From positions 1-19,786 of the forward strand of contig CAXXJS010000029.1 in NCBI GenBank assembly GCA_963662665.2: a stretch of DNA of 19,786 nt, given 5' to 3'. Source of the stretch: Candidatus Latescibacterota bacterium (GTDB lineage: Bacteria > Latescibacterota > UBA2968 > GCA-2709665). Under the pieces are notes generated by a model, which saw nothing but the letters and a program-made list of their open reading frames with translations, searched no databases and was not told where the DNA came from. Shown here one piece after another: positions 7,829 to 15,802 of this stretch (positions are counted from its first letter, which is position 1; every line of letters starts with the position of its first letter). A program made the translations under genes and the position numbers.

Positions 7829-7899
7829 TTCGTTCAAAATAACGGCCGATCCAGAATTCAGGTTTCAGGAACATCGCAGCAAACCACTCCCTCTCACAC

Positions 7900-10041
7900 T
7901 CACCCCGCTTCTCCCCGCTCCATCAGCAGTTCCAGCGGATGCACTACTTTGATTCCGGTGCCCTCGCGCAGGTGGATGGCGCACACGCTGCTTTCGGTGA
8001 CAATGGTATCCACCCGCGCCTCCTGAAAGGCATGAAACAGCGGTTCTCCCACGGCCTGCGAGAGCTCGTATCCCAGCATTCCTTTCTTCATACCAAAGGT
8101 CCCCGCCATTCCGCAGCAGGTACCCGTCTCAATCAGCTCGACCTCGGCGCCGCGCCGTTTCAGATAGTCCATCGCCTCCTGTCCGGACCCCAGGGGCCGC
8201 TGGTGGCACGACACGTGGAATCCGAACCGCCGGCCCTCGAAAACAGGTTGCCGACCGGCATCGTCTGAGAGCTCTTCAAGGATTTCCAGGTACGCGAACA
8301 GTTCGTGAGTTCCTTCGGCCACCGCAACGGCATCAGTGCGCCCGTGAAGCAGCTTCGGGTACGAGACCTTCAGACAATATGCCGCCGTCGGCTCCGTGGC
8401 CACAATGTCATACCCGGCCTCAACGTGGGGCAACATCAGGCGTACGTTCTCGTCGGCCACCTTTTCAGCCCGCTTCAGGTCGCCGTATCCGATATAGGGA
8501 TAACCGCTCCCGCGCTGCCGGGGCAGAATGACCTCGCATCCGAGCGCTTCCAGCGCCCCAACGGCCGCCCGGCCCAGTTCCGGCGCATTGTAGGCCGCAT
8601 ATATATCCGCGAAGAACGCCACCTTGCGTACCGGATCCCGCACCCGTGGCGCAGAGCCACGCTTCCTGAACCACTTTGCCAGCGTCTGGCGCCTGAACGG
8701 GGGCAACGCCCGCCTCCGGTCGATGCCCATAAACGCCTCCATCCCCCATCTGAACAGCCCGTTCCTCATCATCCAGTTGGAGAGGGGCGCCGTGGCGCAG
8801 CCGAACTTCGCCATCCCTTCCGCGGCCATCAGAATCCGGTTGACCCGGGGATGCCCGTTCTGCTCCCCGTCCCGGTCCTTCACGCCGGCGATCATCATGG
8901 GGATATCGATTTCCGCGGGACAGATCTCCTTGCACAGCCCGCAGGAAATACAGAGCGGCGCGAATTCGGCGGCTTTATCCAGTCCATGCACCTCCGACGT
9001 CCAGGGGACCCCGATCGGTCCTGGATAGATATAGCCAAAAGTGTGCCCGCCCACCACGCCGTATGTGGGACAGATATTCATGCAGGCGCCGCAACGGATG
9101 CAATTCAACGCATCCTTGAACAGGGGATCTTCCCGCATCTTGCTGCGCCCGTTGTCGAGTATGATGATATGCGACTCCCGAGGAGCCCGTCCGCCCCCCT
9201 CGCCCAACGGAGACCTCCCCCCCATCATGGTCACGTACGTCGTGAGATGCTGACCCACCGCGCTGATCGGGTGCGCCAGCATCATCTGCAACGCATCTTC
9301 CACGGTGTCCACGATTTTCTCCCGCCCCATGATGCAGATATGCACGTCCGGAATGCTGGACACGAGGCGCGCGTTGCCCTCATTCGTCTCAATCACGATC
9401 GCGCCGGTCTCGGCCACCCCCACGTTGGCGCCGGTCATCCCGATATCGGCATTCAGAAAAATCGGCCGAAGGTATTTGCGCACGATCCGCATGATAGCGT
9501 CGACGTCATGCGGCACGTCCTGCTGCGTCACCTCCCGGAAGATCTCCGCCACCTCCACGGCCGTTTTGTGCACCGCGGGGAAGACGAGGTGAAAGGGTTT
9601 TTCATTCACCTTCTGGATAATCAACTCGCCCAGGTCTGTCTCAATCACATCCAACCCGGCTTCCTCCAGAGGATGGTTCACTTCGATTTCCTCGCTCGTG
9701 AGTGACTTGGACTTGGCCACGGTTTTTGCGCCGCGTTTTTTCACAATGTCCAAAATGTATGAAATCGCGTCGGGGCCGTCGTTCGCCATAAATACCCTGG
9801 CGCCGCGGTCCCGCACCTTCCGTGCAAACCTGTCCACCAGCTCGTTCTGCTGCTCCAGACACCGGACCTTGACGGACCGAACCGTGTTACGAAACCCCTC
9901 GCCTCCCGGCAACGCGCCCACCGCCTGGTGCCGGCTGTCCCGGCCGCGTTTCATCGCGCGGTAAAGCGCCGTCCGACTGGATCTCTCTTTCAGCGCTCCG
10001 TCTATCTTCTTCTCCAATCGTTGATACCGGCCCTTCAACAT
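7900..10041 (-). CDS. lutB: LutB-like LUD domain plus 2x[4Fe-4S] protein fused to C-terminal CCG (GlpC/LutA-like) domains, 713 aa
   Basis: LutB motifs: KSKSLTSEEI, ETDLGELIIQ, NEGNARL, IILDNGRS, YPGPIG. Ferredoxin motifs: CIRCGACMNICP and CISCGLCKEICP. C-terminal motifs: FHVSCHQR and TCCGMAG. A purine-rich RBS (AAAGGAAAGGGA) precedes the ATG. Confidence 0.88.
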   Translation of the reverse strand: MLKGRYQRLEKKIDGALKERSSRTALYRAMKRGRDSRHQAVGALPGGEGFRNTVRSVKVRCLEQQNELVDRFARKVRDRGARVFMANDGPDAISYILDIVKKRGAKTVAKSKSLTSEEIEVNHPLEEAGLDVIETDLGELIIQKVNEKPFHLVFPAVHKTAVEVAEIFREVTQQDVPHDVDAIMRIVRKYLRPIFLNADIGMTGANVGVAETGAIVIETNEGNARLVSSIPDVHICIMGREKIVDTVEDALQMMLAHPISAVGQHLTTYVTMMGGRSPLGEGGGRAPRESHIIILDNGRSKMREDPLFKDALNCIRCGACMNICPTYGVVGGHTFGYIYPGPIGVPWTSEVHGLDKAAEFAPLCISCGLCKEICPAEIDIPMMIAGVKDRDGEQNGHPRVNRILMAAEGMAKFGCATAPLSNWMMRNGLFRWGMEAFMGIDRRRALPPFRRQTLAKWFRKRGSAPRVRDPVRKVAFFADIYAAYNAPELGRAAVGALEALGCEVILPRQRGSGYPYIGYGDLKRAEKVADENVRLMLPHVEAGYDIVATEPTAAYCLKVSYPKLLHGRTDAVAVAEGTHELFAYLEILEELSDDAGRQPVFEGRRFGFHVSCHQRPLGSGQEAMDYLKRRGAEVELIETGTCCGMAGTFGMKKGMLGYELSQAVGEPLFHAFQEARVDTIVTESSVCAIHLREGTGIKVVHPLELLMERGEAG

Positions 10042-10106
10042 CGTCCCTTTCCTTTCGTGCCCGGCTGCAAGATCACTTGCATTGAATCGAATCGCCAGGT
10101 TGTAAA

Positions 10107-10673
10107 CTACTCGTCCAGAATAACCGCATGAGCCATCTCGGGGCCGTGGACGCCCAGGGTAAGCCGCATCTCGATGTCCGCCGTGCGGCTAGGGCCCGAT
10201 ATGAACGTTACGGTGGCATTCTCCCGCTGAATTTCCATAAACTCCCGGATCCGGGGTCCGGCCTCCATCAGCGTCTCCTTGATCTGTGCGGCCCGAACGA
10301 TTCCCAGGTGAATCCTCGGCAACGTGGATACGAGGCGGGTGGCGTCGTTTGTTGCGAATTCCACGAGTGCACCGGCCTCCGCCACGGCAAATTCCGCCCA
10401 GGACACACCCACCTGCGCGGCGTCGATAGCCCCCGGCAGCGTCGTGCCGTCGTAGGGTGGCTTCAAGAATTCAACCCCGGCATCGTCACACCGCCGCTCC
10501 AGTGCCTGCACCAGCGCTTCAGGCAGTTCGGCCGCGGCAAGGCGGGTCCCGCGGGACTCGACAACGACGGAGAGTACCGCCTCCGCGGCGGACGCCATGC
10601 CGTCGGCGATGTGTACGCGTCCGGAAAGCGTCTCGTACTTGGAAACAAACCGTTCGATCACGTCTACCGCCAT
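10107..10673 (-). CDS. lutC: LutC/YkgG-family LUD-domain protein, 188 aa
   Basis: Contains AVAEAGAL, RLVSTLPRIH and the signature FISGPSRTADIEMRLTLGVHGP. It is adjacent to the LutB-like gene. Confidence 0.9.
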   Translation of the reverse strand: MAVDVIERFVSKYETLSGRVHIADGMASAAEAVLSVVVESRGTRLAAAELPEALVQALERRCDDAGVEFLKPPYDGTTLPGAIDAAQVGVSWAEFAVAEAGALVEFATNDATRLVSTLPRIHLGIVRAAQIKETLMEAGPRIREFMEIQRENATVTFISGPSRTADIEMRLTLGVHGPEMAHAVILDE

Positions 10674-10726
10674 GTCCCATGACCCCTTTCGATAACACGT
10701 GAAAAATGCCCGGATCGGGCACCATC

Positions 10727-10755
10727 AAGGTAAGCGCAAAACGGCCTCCGGTCAA
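10727..10755 (-). promoter_or_regulatory. Candidate sigma70 promoter for lutC-lutB
   Basis: Minus strand reads TTGACC-N17-TACCTT, about 55 nt upstream of the lutC ATG. Confidence 0.55.
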
Positions 10756-10799
10756 CCGTCTCCCGGACGGACTGATCACCCGAACCGGCACGTTTTCAT

Positions 10800-10828
10800 T
10801 TGGCGCGGTACCGTCGGAAACGTATATT
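10800..10828 (+). promoter_or_regulatory. Candidate divergent sigma70 promoter for the dehydrogenase gene
   Basis: TTGGCG-N17-TATATT on the plus strand, back-to-back with the lutC promoter. Confidence 0.4.
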
Positions 10829-10965
10829 CATCGGTCCCCTGTTGGGACCTCGTCCTGTGCCCGAACCGACCGGCTTCTTTCCGGACCGTATCAGCGGATG
10901 CCGTCATTTTTCCCCTCGGCTACAGATAGTTCCGCGCTTCTGTCTCAACCCACGGAGAACCCGAA

Positions 10966-11961
10966 ATGGTGAAGCCCATTCGTATTCTGCATGTCGGCCT
11001 GGGGCCGCTCGGCCAGATGCTCGGGCCGTATCTGACGGAAAAGCAGGATCTTAAGCTTGTCGGCGCCGTGGACGTCGACCCCGAAAAAACCGGCCGGGAC
11101 CTGGGGACTGCGTACAATTTGAATCGTCCGCTGGGCGTCACCGTGGACGAATCATTGGACGCCGGAGCGATGGACGACGCCGACGTTGCCGTTCTCACGA
11201 CGGTGTCCGACCTTCGGGCGCTGTTCCCCACGCTCGAACAGGTTGTGAGCGGCGGCCTGAACGTCGTTTCCACCTGCGAGGAACTGGCGTATCCCTGGAT
11301 TGCGGCGCCTGAACTCGCACGGCGCATCGACGATCTCGCGAAGGCAAACCGCGTCTCAGTCCTGGGCACGGGCGTTAACCCGGGGTTCCTCATGGATTTT
11401 CTGCCCACGGCGGCGACGGCCGTTTGTCGGAACGTGGAATCCATCCTGATCGAACGAATCCAGGACGCCTCCCTTCGACGCCTGCCCTTCCGTCAGAAAA
11501 TCGGCGCCGGTCTTTCCGTTGAAACCTTCGAGGAGCGTGTCAGGAGCCATCGGATCCGCCACGTCGGATTGACCCAGTCAATGCACATGGTTGCATCCAG
11601 ACTCGGCTGGCGGCTGGACAGAACCGAGGATACCGTAGAATCGGTCGTAACGCGATCCGAGGTGCAAGGAAAGGACTGGTCGGTGCCGGCAGGCAGGGCC
11701 ACAGGCGTCAACCAGACCGGCCGGGGGTTTGTGGGCAACCATGAGGTCCTCACACTCGTGTTTCGCGCGTGTGTGGGCGAAACGCGCCCCAGAGACCGAA
11801 TCCACGTCGTTGGCACCCCGGAAGTCGATCTCACGATCGCCGGCGGTATCAACGGAGACGTCGCCACGTGTTCCATCGTTACCAATGCGGTCCCCGTCGT
11901 CCATCGTGCACCGCCCGGCCTGCACACCATGGTCGACATCGCACCGATATCGGCTTTTTAG
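10966..11961 (+). CDS. NAD(P)-dependent amine dehydrogenase of the 2,4-diaminopentanoate dehydrogenase (Ord)/DapB-like family, 331 aa
   Basis: Rossmann motif GLGPLG, then VVSTCEELAYPW, VLGTGVNPGFLMD, RRLPFRQKIGAGL and GGINGDVAT. A GGAGA RBS precedes the ATG. Confidence 0.85.
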   Translation: MVKPIRILHVGLGPLGQMLGPYLTEKQDLKLVGAVDVDPEKTGRDLGTAYNLNRPLGVTVDESLDAGAMDDADVAVLTTVSDLRALFPTLEQVVSGGLNVVSTCEELAYPWIAAPELARRIDDLAKANRVSVLGTGVNPGFLMDFLPTAATAVCRNVESILIERIQDASLRRLPFRQKIGAGLSVETFEERVRSHRIRHVGLTQSMHMVASRLGWRLDRTEDTVESVVTRSEVQGKDWSVPAGRATGVNQTGRGFVGNHEVLTLVFRACVGETRPRDRIHVVGTPEVDLTIAGGINGDVATCSIVTNAVPVVHRAPPGLHTMVDIAPISAF

Positions 11962-12071
11962 CCTGTTCCGAGAATGCCGCGTCCACAAACGCCGGAAGTC
12001 CCCCGCCCCCTGCCCCGCGTCCACCCCTGCGCACGCCACCGTCTCCGACTGTACGCCGGAAACCACAAACC

Positions 12072-12108
12072 TGTTGCAAAATATACACATCTGTGTTATT
12101 CTTTCACA
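12072..12108. promoter_or_regulatory. Tandem candidate enhancer (UAS) sites
   Basis: TGTTGCAAAATATACACA (12072-12089) and TGTGTTATTCTTTCACA (12092-12108) start 20 bp apart and lie about 85-120 bp upstream of the -24 element. Confidence 0.55.
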
Positions 12109-12142
12109 GGATCAGGCCATGAGCCTGCCACAGCGTTCGGCG

Positions 12143-12155
12143 TAAATAGTTGTTT
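12143..12155 (-). promoter_or_regulatory. Candidate IHF site between the UAS sites and the sigma54 promoter
   Basis: Minus strand AAACAACTATTTA is one mismatch from WATCAANNNNTTR and sits in the expected position. Confidence 0.45.
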
Positions 12156-12192
12156 TTCAATCTCATTTGCGTCAGTTATCAATAGGCCATAC

Positions 12193-12207
12193 TGGTACGG
12201 TTTTTGC
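12193..12207 (+). promoter_or_regulatory. Sigma54 (-24/-12) promoter for the Omp85-DUF4390-ntrYX cluster
   Basis: TGGTACGGTTTTTGC has GG-N10-GC spacing and is one mismatch from TGGCACG-N4-TTGC. It lies 56 nt upstream of ATG 12264. Confidence 0.8.
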
Positions 12208-12263
12208 GCACTCTGATTCACCGCTCTGAATGTGGTCGACGGATTCCAGCGGAGGTCAGCACG

Positions 12264-13553
12264 ATGTGGCGCACGATTGTCCTTCTCACCCTCCTCTTCG
12301 CCTTTGCGAATACCTACCTGCACGCCCGGGATGCCACGGGATACGTCGTCGAACGAATCGAAGTTCGAGGCAATCACAAAACAAAAGCAGATATCATCCT
12401 TCGGTCCCTTCCGATACACAAGGGTGACCGCCTTACACCCGGCAGACTGGATGCCAGCCGGGAGTCTCTGTACCGCACCCGCCTCTTCCGAACGGTACAC
12501 GTCGCGCCAAAGCCCGGTACGGAACAGGGCAAGGCCGTGCTGGTTGTGTACGTCGATGAGAAACGGTTCGGCGACGTCGGCGTCAGTTTCGAATATACGG
12601 AACTGGACGGATTCGGGCTTGCCGCCGACGCCTATCACGTCAACCTCGGCGGAGAAGGAAAGACCGTAGGCGTGGAGTATTCGCACGGGGAGCGCCTGCA
12701 GCGCTTCGGTTTCAGCTATGCCGACCCCTGGCTCACCAGCGGGTACACGTCGCTTCACGTAAACGCCCTCTTTTCCAGGGCCGACCGCGATATGTACCGC
12801 AGTTCCGACCCAAAAAAGCGCGGCCTGTACGACGTGGACAGAATCGGCGGCTCGGTCGGCCTCGGAAAACCCATCGGGGAGAAGTACCGGCTGGTGGTCC
12901 GTTACGCCCTCGACGAGATTCGCATTAACGACTTCGACGAGCCGGAAGTCTTCATCTCGGGTCCGGAATTCACGCGGGAAATCATCTCGGCCCTCGGCCG
13001 CACGCCGATATCCACCTTCGGCATCGAACTCTACCGGCAGCCGGCTTCCAGGTTCTGGGGCGGCGCGCCGGGATTCGATCTCAACTTCCGAATGGACTTC
13101 GCCCCCGGCGCCCTGGGCACCATCCCAAGCTACCTCCGGTCCAGAGTGGAAGCCTACCGCCATTTTTCCACCTTGCCCGGACAGAGCCTGAGCGTCGGCG
13201 GGCGGGCGGGATTGATCTTTGGTTCGCCGCCGTTCTTCGAGAGGTTCTACCTGGACGGCCAGAATCAACTCAGGGGATTCGAACGGCGCGCAATCGGGCC
13301 CGAGGGCGGTACGGAGTTCGTTTCGATTGAAGGCGTCTACGCCATTGCAACACGACCCATCGGCAGAATCTACTGCTTCGCCGAATGGGCCGCGATTCGC
13401 AGGCCGATCTCGGAGTCTCATCGCCGGGATTCAAACGGTACGTATGGTGTCGGCGCATTGCTGTTTAACAGGGTCGACATCAGCTACGGCTTGAAAAGGG
13501 GCACGCTAATTGTAAAATTCCACCGGTTCGGCGGTATCAATCTGGGCCTGTGA
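12264..13553 (+). CDS. Omp85 (BamA/TamA-superfamily) outer-membrane protein with a single POTRA domain, 429 aa
   Basis: GGAGG RBS precedes ATG 12264. Signal peptide MWRTIVLLTLLFAFANTYLHA, POTRA-like VERIEVRGNHKTKADIILRSL...LVVYVDEK, and barrel motifs NLGGEG, FSYADPW and FYLDGQNQLRGF. Confidence 0.85.
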   Translation: MWRTIVLLTLLFAFANTYLHARDATGYVVERIEVRGNHKTKADIILRSLPIHKGDRLTPGRLDASRESLYRTRLFRTVHVAPKPGTEQGKAVLVVYVDEKRFGDVGVSFEYTELDGFGLAADAYHVNLGGEGKTVGVEYSHGERLQRFGFSYADPWLTSGYTSLHVNALFSRADRDMYRSSDPKKRGLYDVDRIGGSVGLGKPIGEKYRLVVRYALDEIRINDFDEPEVFISGPEFTREIISALGRTPISTFGIELYRQPASRFWGGAPGFDLNFRMDFAPGALGTIPSYLRSRVEAYRHFSTLPGQSLSVGGRAGLIFGSPPFFERFYLDGQNQLRGFERRAIGPEGGTEFVSIEGVYAIATRPIGRIYCFAEWAAIRRPISESHRRDSNGTYGVGALLFNRVDISYGLKRGTLIVKFHRFGGINLGL

Positions 13554-13682
13554 TTCAGGGGGAGCGCCATTGCAACGCGGACAGATCACTCGAGTCCGTT
13601 CCAGGGAACATGCCACCATTCGGCGATGCTTCCACCACGGCCCCCGTTACCCCGATCGCTGAAAACTCACCAATCTTCCGAA

Positions 13683-14309
13683 ATGCATACCCATCGAGGC
13701 ACAGCGGAGGCGAACAGGCGAAAAGTCGGGATTTGCGCTTGCCTCTTTTTTTTTGTGGTATTCCCGGTGCGTTCCGACGCCCGGGACGTCGTCGTCGCCA
13801 AGCGAAATGTTTACCTTCAGGCGGATACGGTAAGACTGAATGTCGAACTGGATTCTCTGTTCTCGCGGCGCGCACTGGACGCGATCGCCTCGGGACTGAT
13901 TACATCCGTGGTCATCGAAATCCGGCTGGATTCGAAACCGCAGTCGAAGGCGAGAGAGTTCGCAGTAGGCCTGCGTCTGGACCACGACATCTGGGAAGGC
14001 CGGTACCAGGTTGTACGCGAAGCGGGGCGCCGGGATACGCTCCAGACCACCGATTTCGACAGTGTCAGCACGTTCTGCTCGACGCTTCACGGGCTGTCGC
14101 TTGGGCCACTGCCGGAAGGGCGAAGTTTCCGGCTGCGTCTTCGCGTTGGCGTCACACCCATTTCCATCGAACAGGAGCAGCGGAGCCGCCGGTGGCTCAA
14201 TGTCCTGCAAAAAGGAAGCCTGTTGGAGCTCTTCTTCTCCCTGGACCGCCCCTCGGAGCGGACGCCGTGGATCGAAATAGGCCGCTATTCGCCGGAGGAT
14301 CTACAATGA
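13683..14309 (+). CDS. DUF4390 (NtrZ-like) exported protein, ~208 aa
   Basis: Hydrophobic N-terminal segment, then ALDAIASGLITSVVIEIRL and LDHDIWEGRYQV, which resemble DUF4390. Its stop overlaps the kinase start (ATGA at 14306-14309). The start is uncertain (13626 or 13683). Confidence 0.7.
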   Translation: MHTHRGTAEANRRKVGICACLFFFVVFPVRSDARDVVVAKRNVYLQADTVRLNVELDSLFSRRALDAIASGLITSVVIEIRLDSKPQSKAREFAVGLRLDHDIWEGRYQVVREAGRRDTLQTTDFDSVSTFCSTLHGLSLGPLPEGRSFRLRLRVGVTPISIEQEQRSRRWLNVLQKGSLLELFFSLDRPSERTPWIEIGRYSPEDLQ

Positions 14310-15802
14310 GATCCCTACCCCTGCGCTGGCGCATCGTCATCGCCATCATCGCCCTGACGCTGGGTACTACGCTGGCATTGTCTCTGCTTGCACAGCATTT
14401 TCTTGAATCCGGCCTGCAGTTGCAGGACAACATCAGCGCAAGCACGGGCCGGGCGCTCAACGACGCAGTCAAACTCGCTCGGGATCACTATGAAGGGCGA
14501 AAGTCCGCACTCACCGACATCGGACAGAATCTGTTCGAATCCGATCTGCCAGGTGAATCCATTCGCACACGAGATCTTCAGCCTATCCGCGCCTTCCTGA
14601 ACCGGCATGGTCTGGATGACGCCCACGTCCGGTTCGCGGATGCGACGGAAATCGCATCGCGCAACCCGCAACCGCCCATAGCACGGCCCGCCGTGCGCAG
14701 GTCAGGCGACGGCGATGCCGCGCTGGAACTGTTCGTGCCGGCCGATCGGACGGGATCCACCCACGAAGCGCTTATCATAACAAGCCAAATGGTCGAGTTG
14801 CATCATGTTGAGCAGGCAGTTCAGGCCCATCAGTACCTTCGCATGATCGGAAGCGACCTTCGGGGTGAGTTTTTCTTCTATTTCCTTGTTGCCACCGTTG
14901 CCCTGCTCCTGCTGGCCTGCCTGACGGGTGTTCGCATCGGCTTCGGCGTCACCCATCCACTGGACGAGCTCGTCAAAGGCACGCGCGAACTGGCCCAGGA
15001 TAATCTGGACTACCGTATACCTCCCGGACGGGACGACGAGATAGGCCTTCTGATCGGATCCTTCAACCGGATGGCGGAAGACCTCACCCAGAACCGCCGA
15101 CAACGTCTGGAGGCCGAAAAAATCGCTGCCTGGCGTGAAATCGCCCGGCGGCTGGCCCACGAAATCAAAAACCCGCTCACTCCGATTCAGCTTACGGTTC
15201 AGCAGATCCGAGACAAATATCAGGGCAACGATCCCACCTACCTGAAGCTGGTTCAGGACTGCACCGAAATTGTTACCGAAGAAGTGGAAAGCATGAGGAA
15301 ACTCGTGCAGGAATTCGCCGATTTCGCCCGCATGCCTTCACTTTCCCTGGGACGTCACAGCCTGAACGGTGTGATTACCGATATCGTGCGACTCTACCCC
15401 GAAGCCGGAATCGCACTTGAACTCGCGCCGAGAATTCCTGATCTGGATCTGGACAGCGAACAGATGCGCCGTGTGTTGATCAATCTGATTGAAAACGGCC
15501 TTGAAGCCACGGGCGCGCAGGGCCGGATCGTCATTCGGACCGAAGATTGCCCGAACGCGGTCAAAGTCCTGGTTGTGGACTCGGGACCGGGCGTGCCCGA
15601 ACGGGATCGGGAGCGAATCTTTCAGCCGCACGTGTCTTCCAAACAAAGCGGCATGGGTATGGGGCTGGCCGAAGTCCGCAGCATCATCGAGAACCACGGC
15701 GGCCAGATCGTGGCGACCAGTGCACGCGGAGGGGGCGCTCAGTTCGAGATTACTTTACCCGTACCCAGGGAACAGGAAAGAATGCCGGAGGAGAGAATAT
15801 GA
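14306..15802 (+). CDS. ntrY: NtrY-like membrane sensor histidine kinase (TM-periplasmic-TM-HAMP-HisKA-HATPase), 498 aa
   Basis: Two hydrophobic segments, HAMP (DDEIGLLIGSFNRM), H-box AAWREIARRLAHEIKNPLTPIQL, N-box NLIENG, and DSGPGV and GMGMGL. The start is ATG 14306 after GGAGG. No PAS domain is apparent. Confidence 0.9.
   Translation: MRSLPLRWRIVIAIIALTLGTTLALSLLAQHFLESGLQLQDNISASTGRALNDAVKLARDHYEGRKSALTDIGQNLFESDLPGESIRTRDLQPIRAFLNRHGLDDAHVRFADATEIASRNPQPPIARPAVRRSGDGDAALELFVPADRTGSTHEALIITSQMVELHHVEQAVQAHQYLRMIGSDLRGEFFFYFLVATVALLLLACLTGVRIGFGVTHPLDELVKGTRELAQDNLDYRIPPGRDDEIGLLIGSFNRMAEDLTQNRRQRLEAEKIAAWREIARRLAHEIKNPLTPIQLTVQQIRDKYQGNDPTYLKLVQDCTEIVTEEVESMRKLVQEFADFARMPSLSLGRHSLNGVITDIVRLYPEAGIALELAPRIPDLDLDSEQMRRVLINLIENGLEATGAQGRIVIRTEDCPNAVKVLVVDSGPGVPERDRERIFQPHVSSKQSGMGMGLAEVRSIIENHGGQIVATSARGGGAQFEITLPVPREQERMPEERI

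Noticed and set aside
8305-9705. 466-aa plus-strand ORF
   Set aside because: It is fully antisense to the well-supported LutB fusion, is Arg/His/Pro-rich and has no motifs. This is a typical high-GC shadow ORF.
10736-10750. GG-N10-GC (CGGAGGCCGTTTTGC, minus strand) upstream of lutC as a sigma54 promoter
   Set aside because: It lacks the (C/T)ACG after GG and is better explained as the spacer of the TTGACC-N17-TACCTT sigma70 candidate.
12096-13421. 441-aa minus-strand ORF, and similar antisense ORFs such as 1764-2531 and 18473-19078
   Set aside because: They are antisense shadows of confidently identified genes.
13556-13600. GGAGCG...TTGCAAC resembling part of an SAH riboswitch
   Set aside because: The spacing is wrong, the pairing partners are missing, and it is not upstream of ahcY or another methionine-cycle gene.
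13550-14305. 252-aa N-terminal extension of the histidine kinase in the ORF track
   Set aside because: It overlaps the DUF4390 gene in another frame and is not protein-like. The real start is ATG 14306, with an RBS and an ATGA overlap.
15547-15798. N-terminal extension of the response regulator
   Set aside because: It overlaps the kinase HATPase domain. The REC domain begins at ATG 15799 with an RBS.
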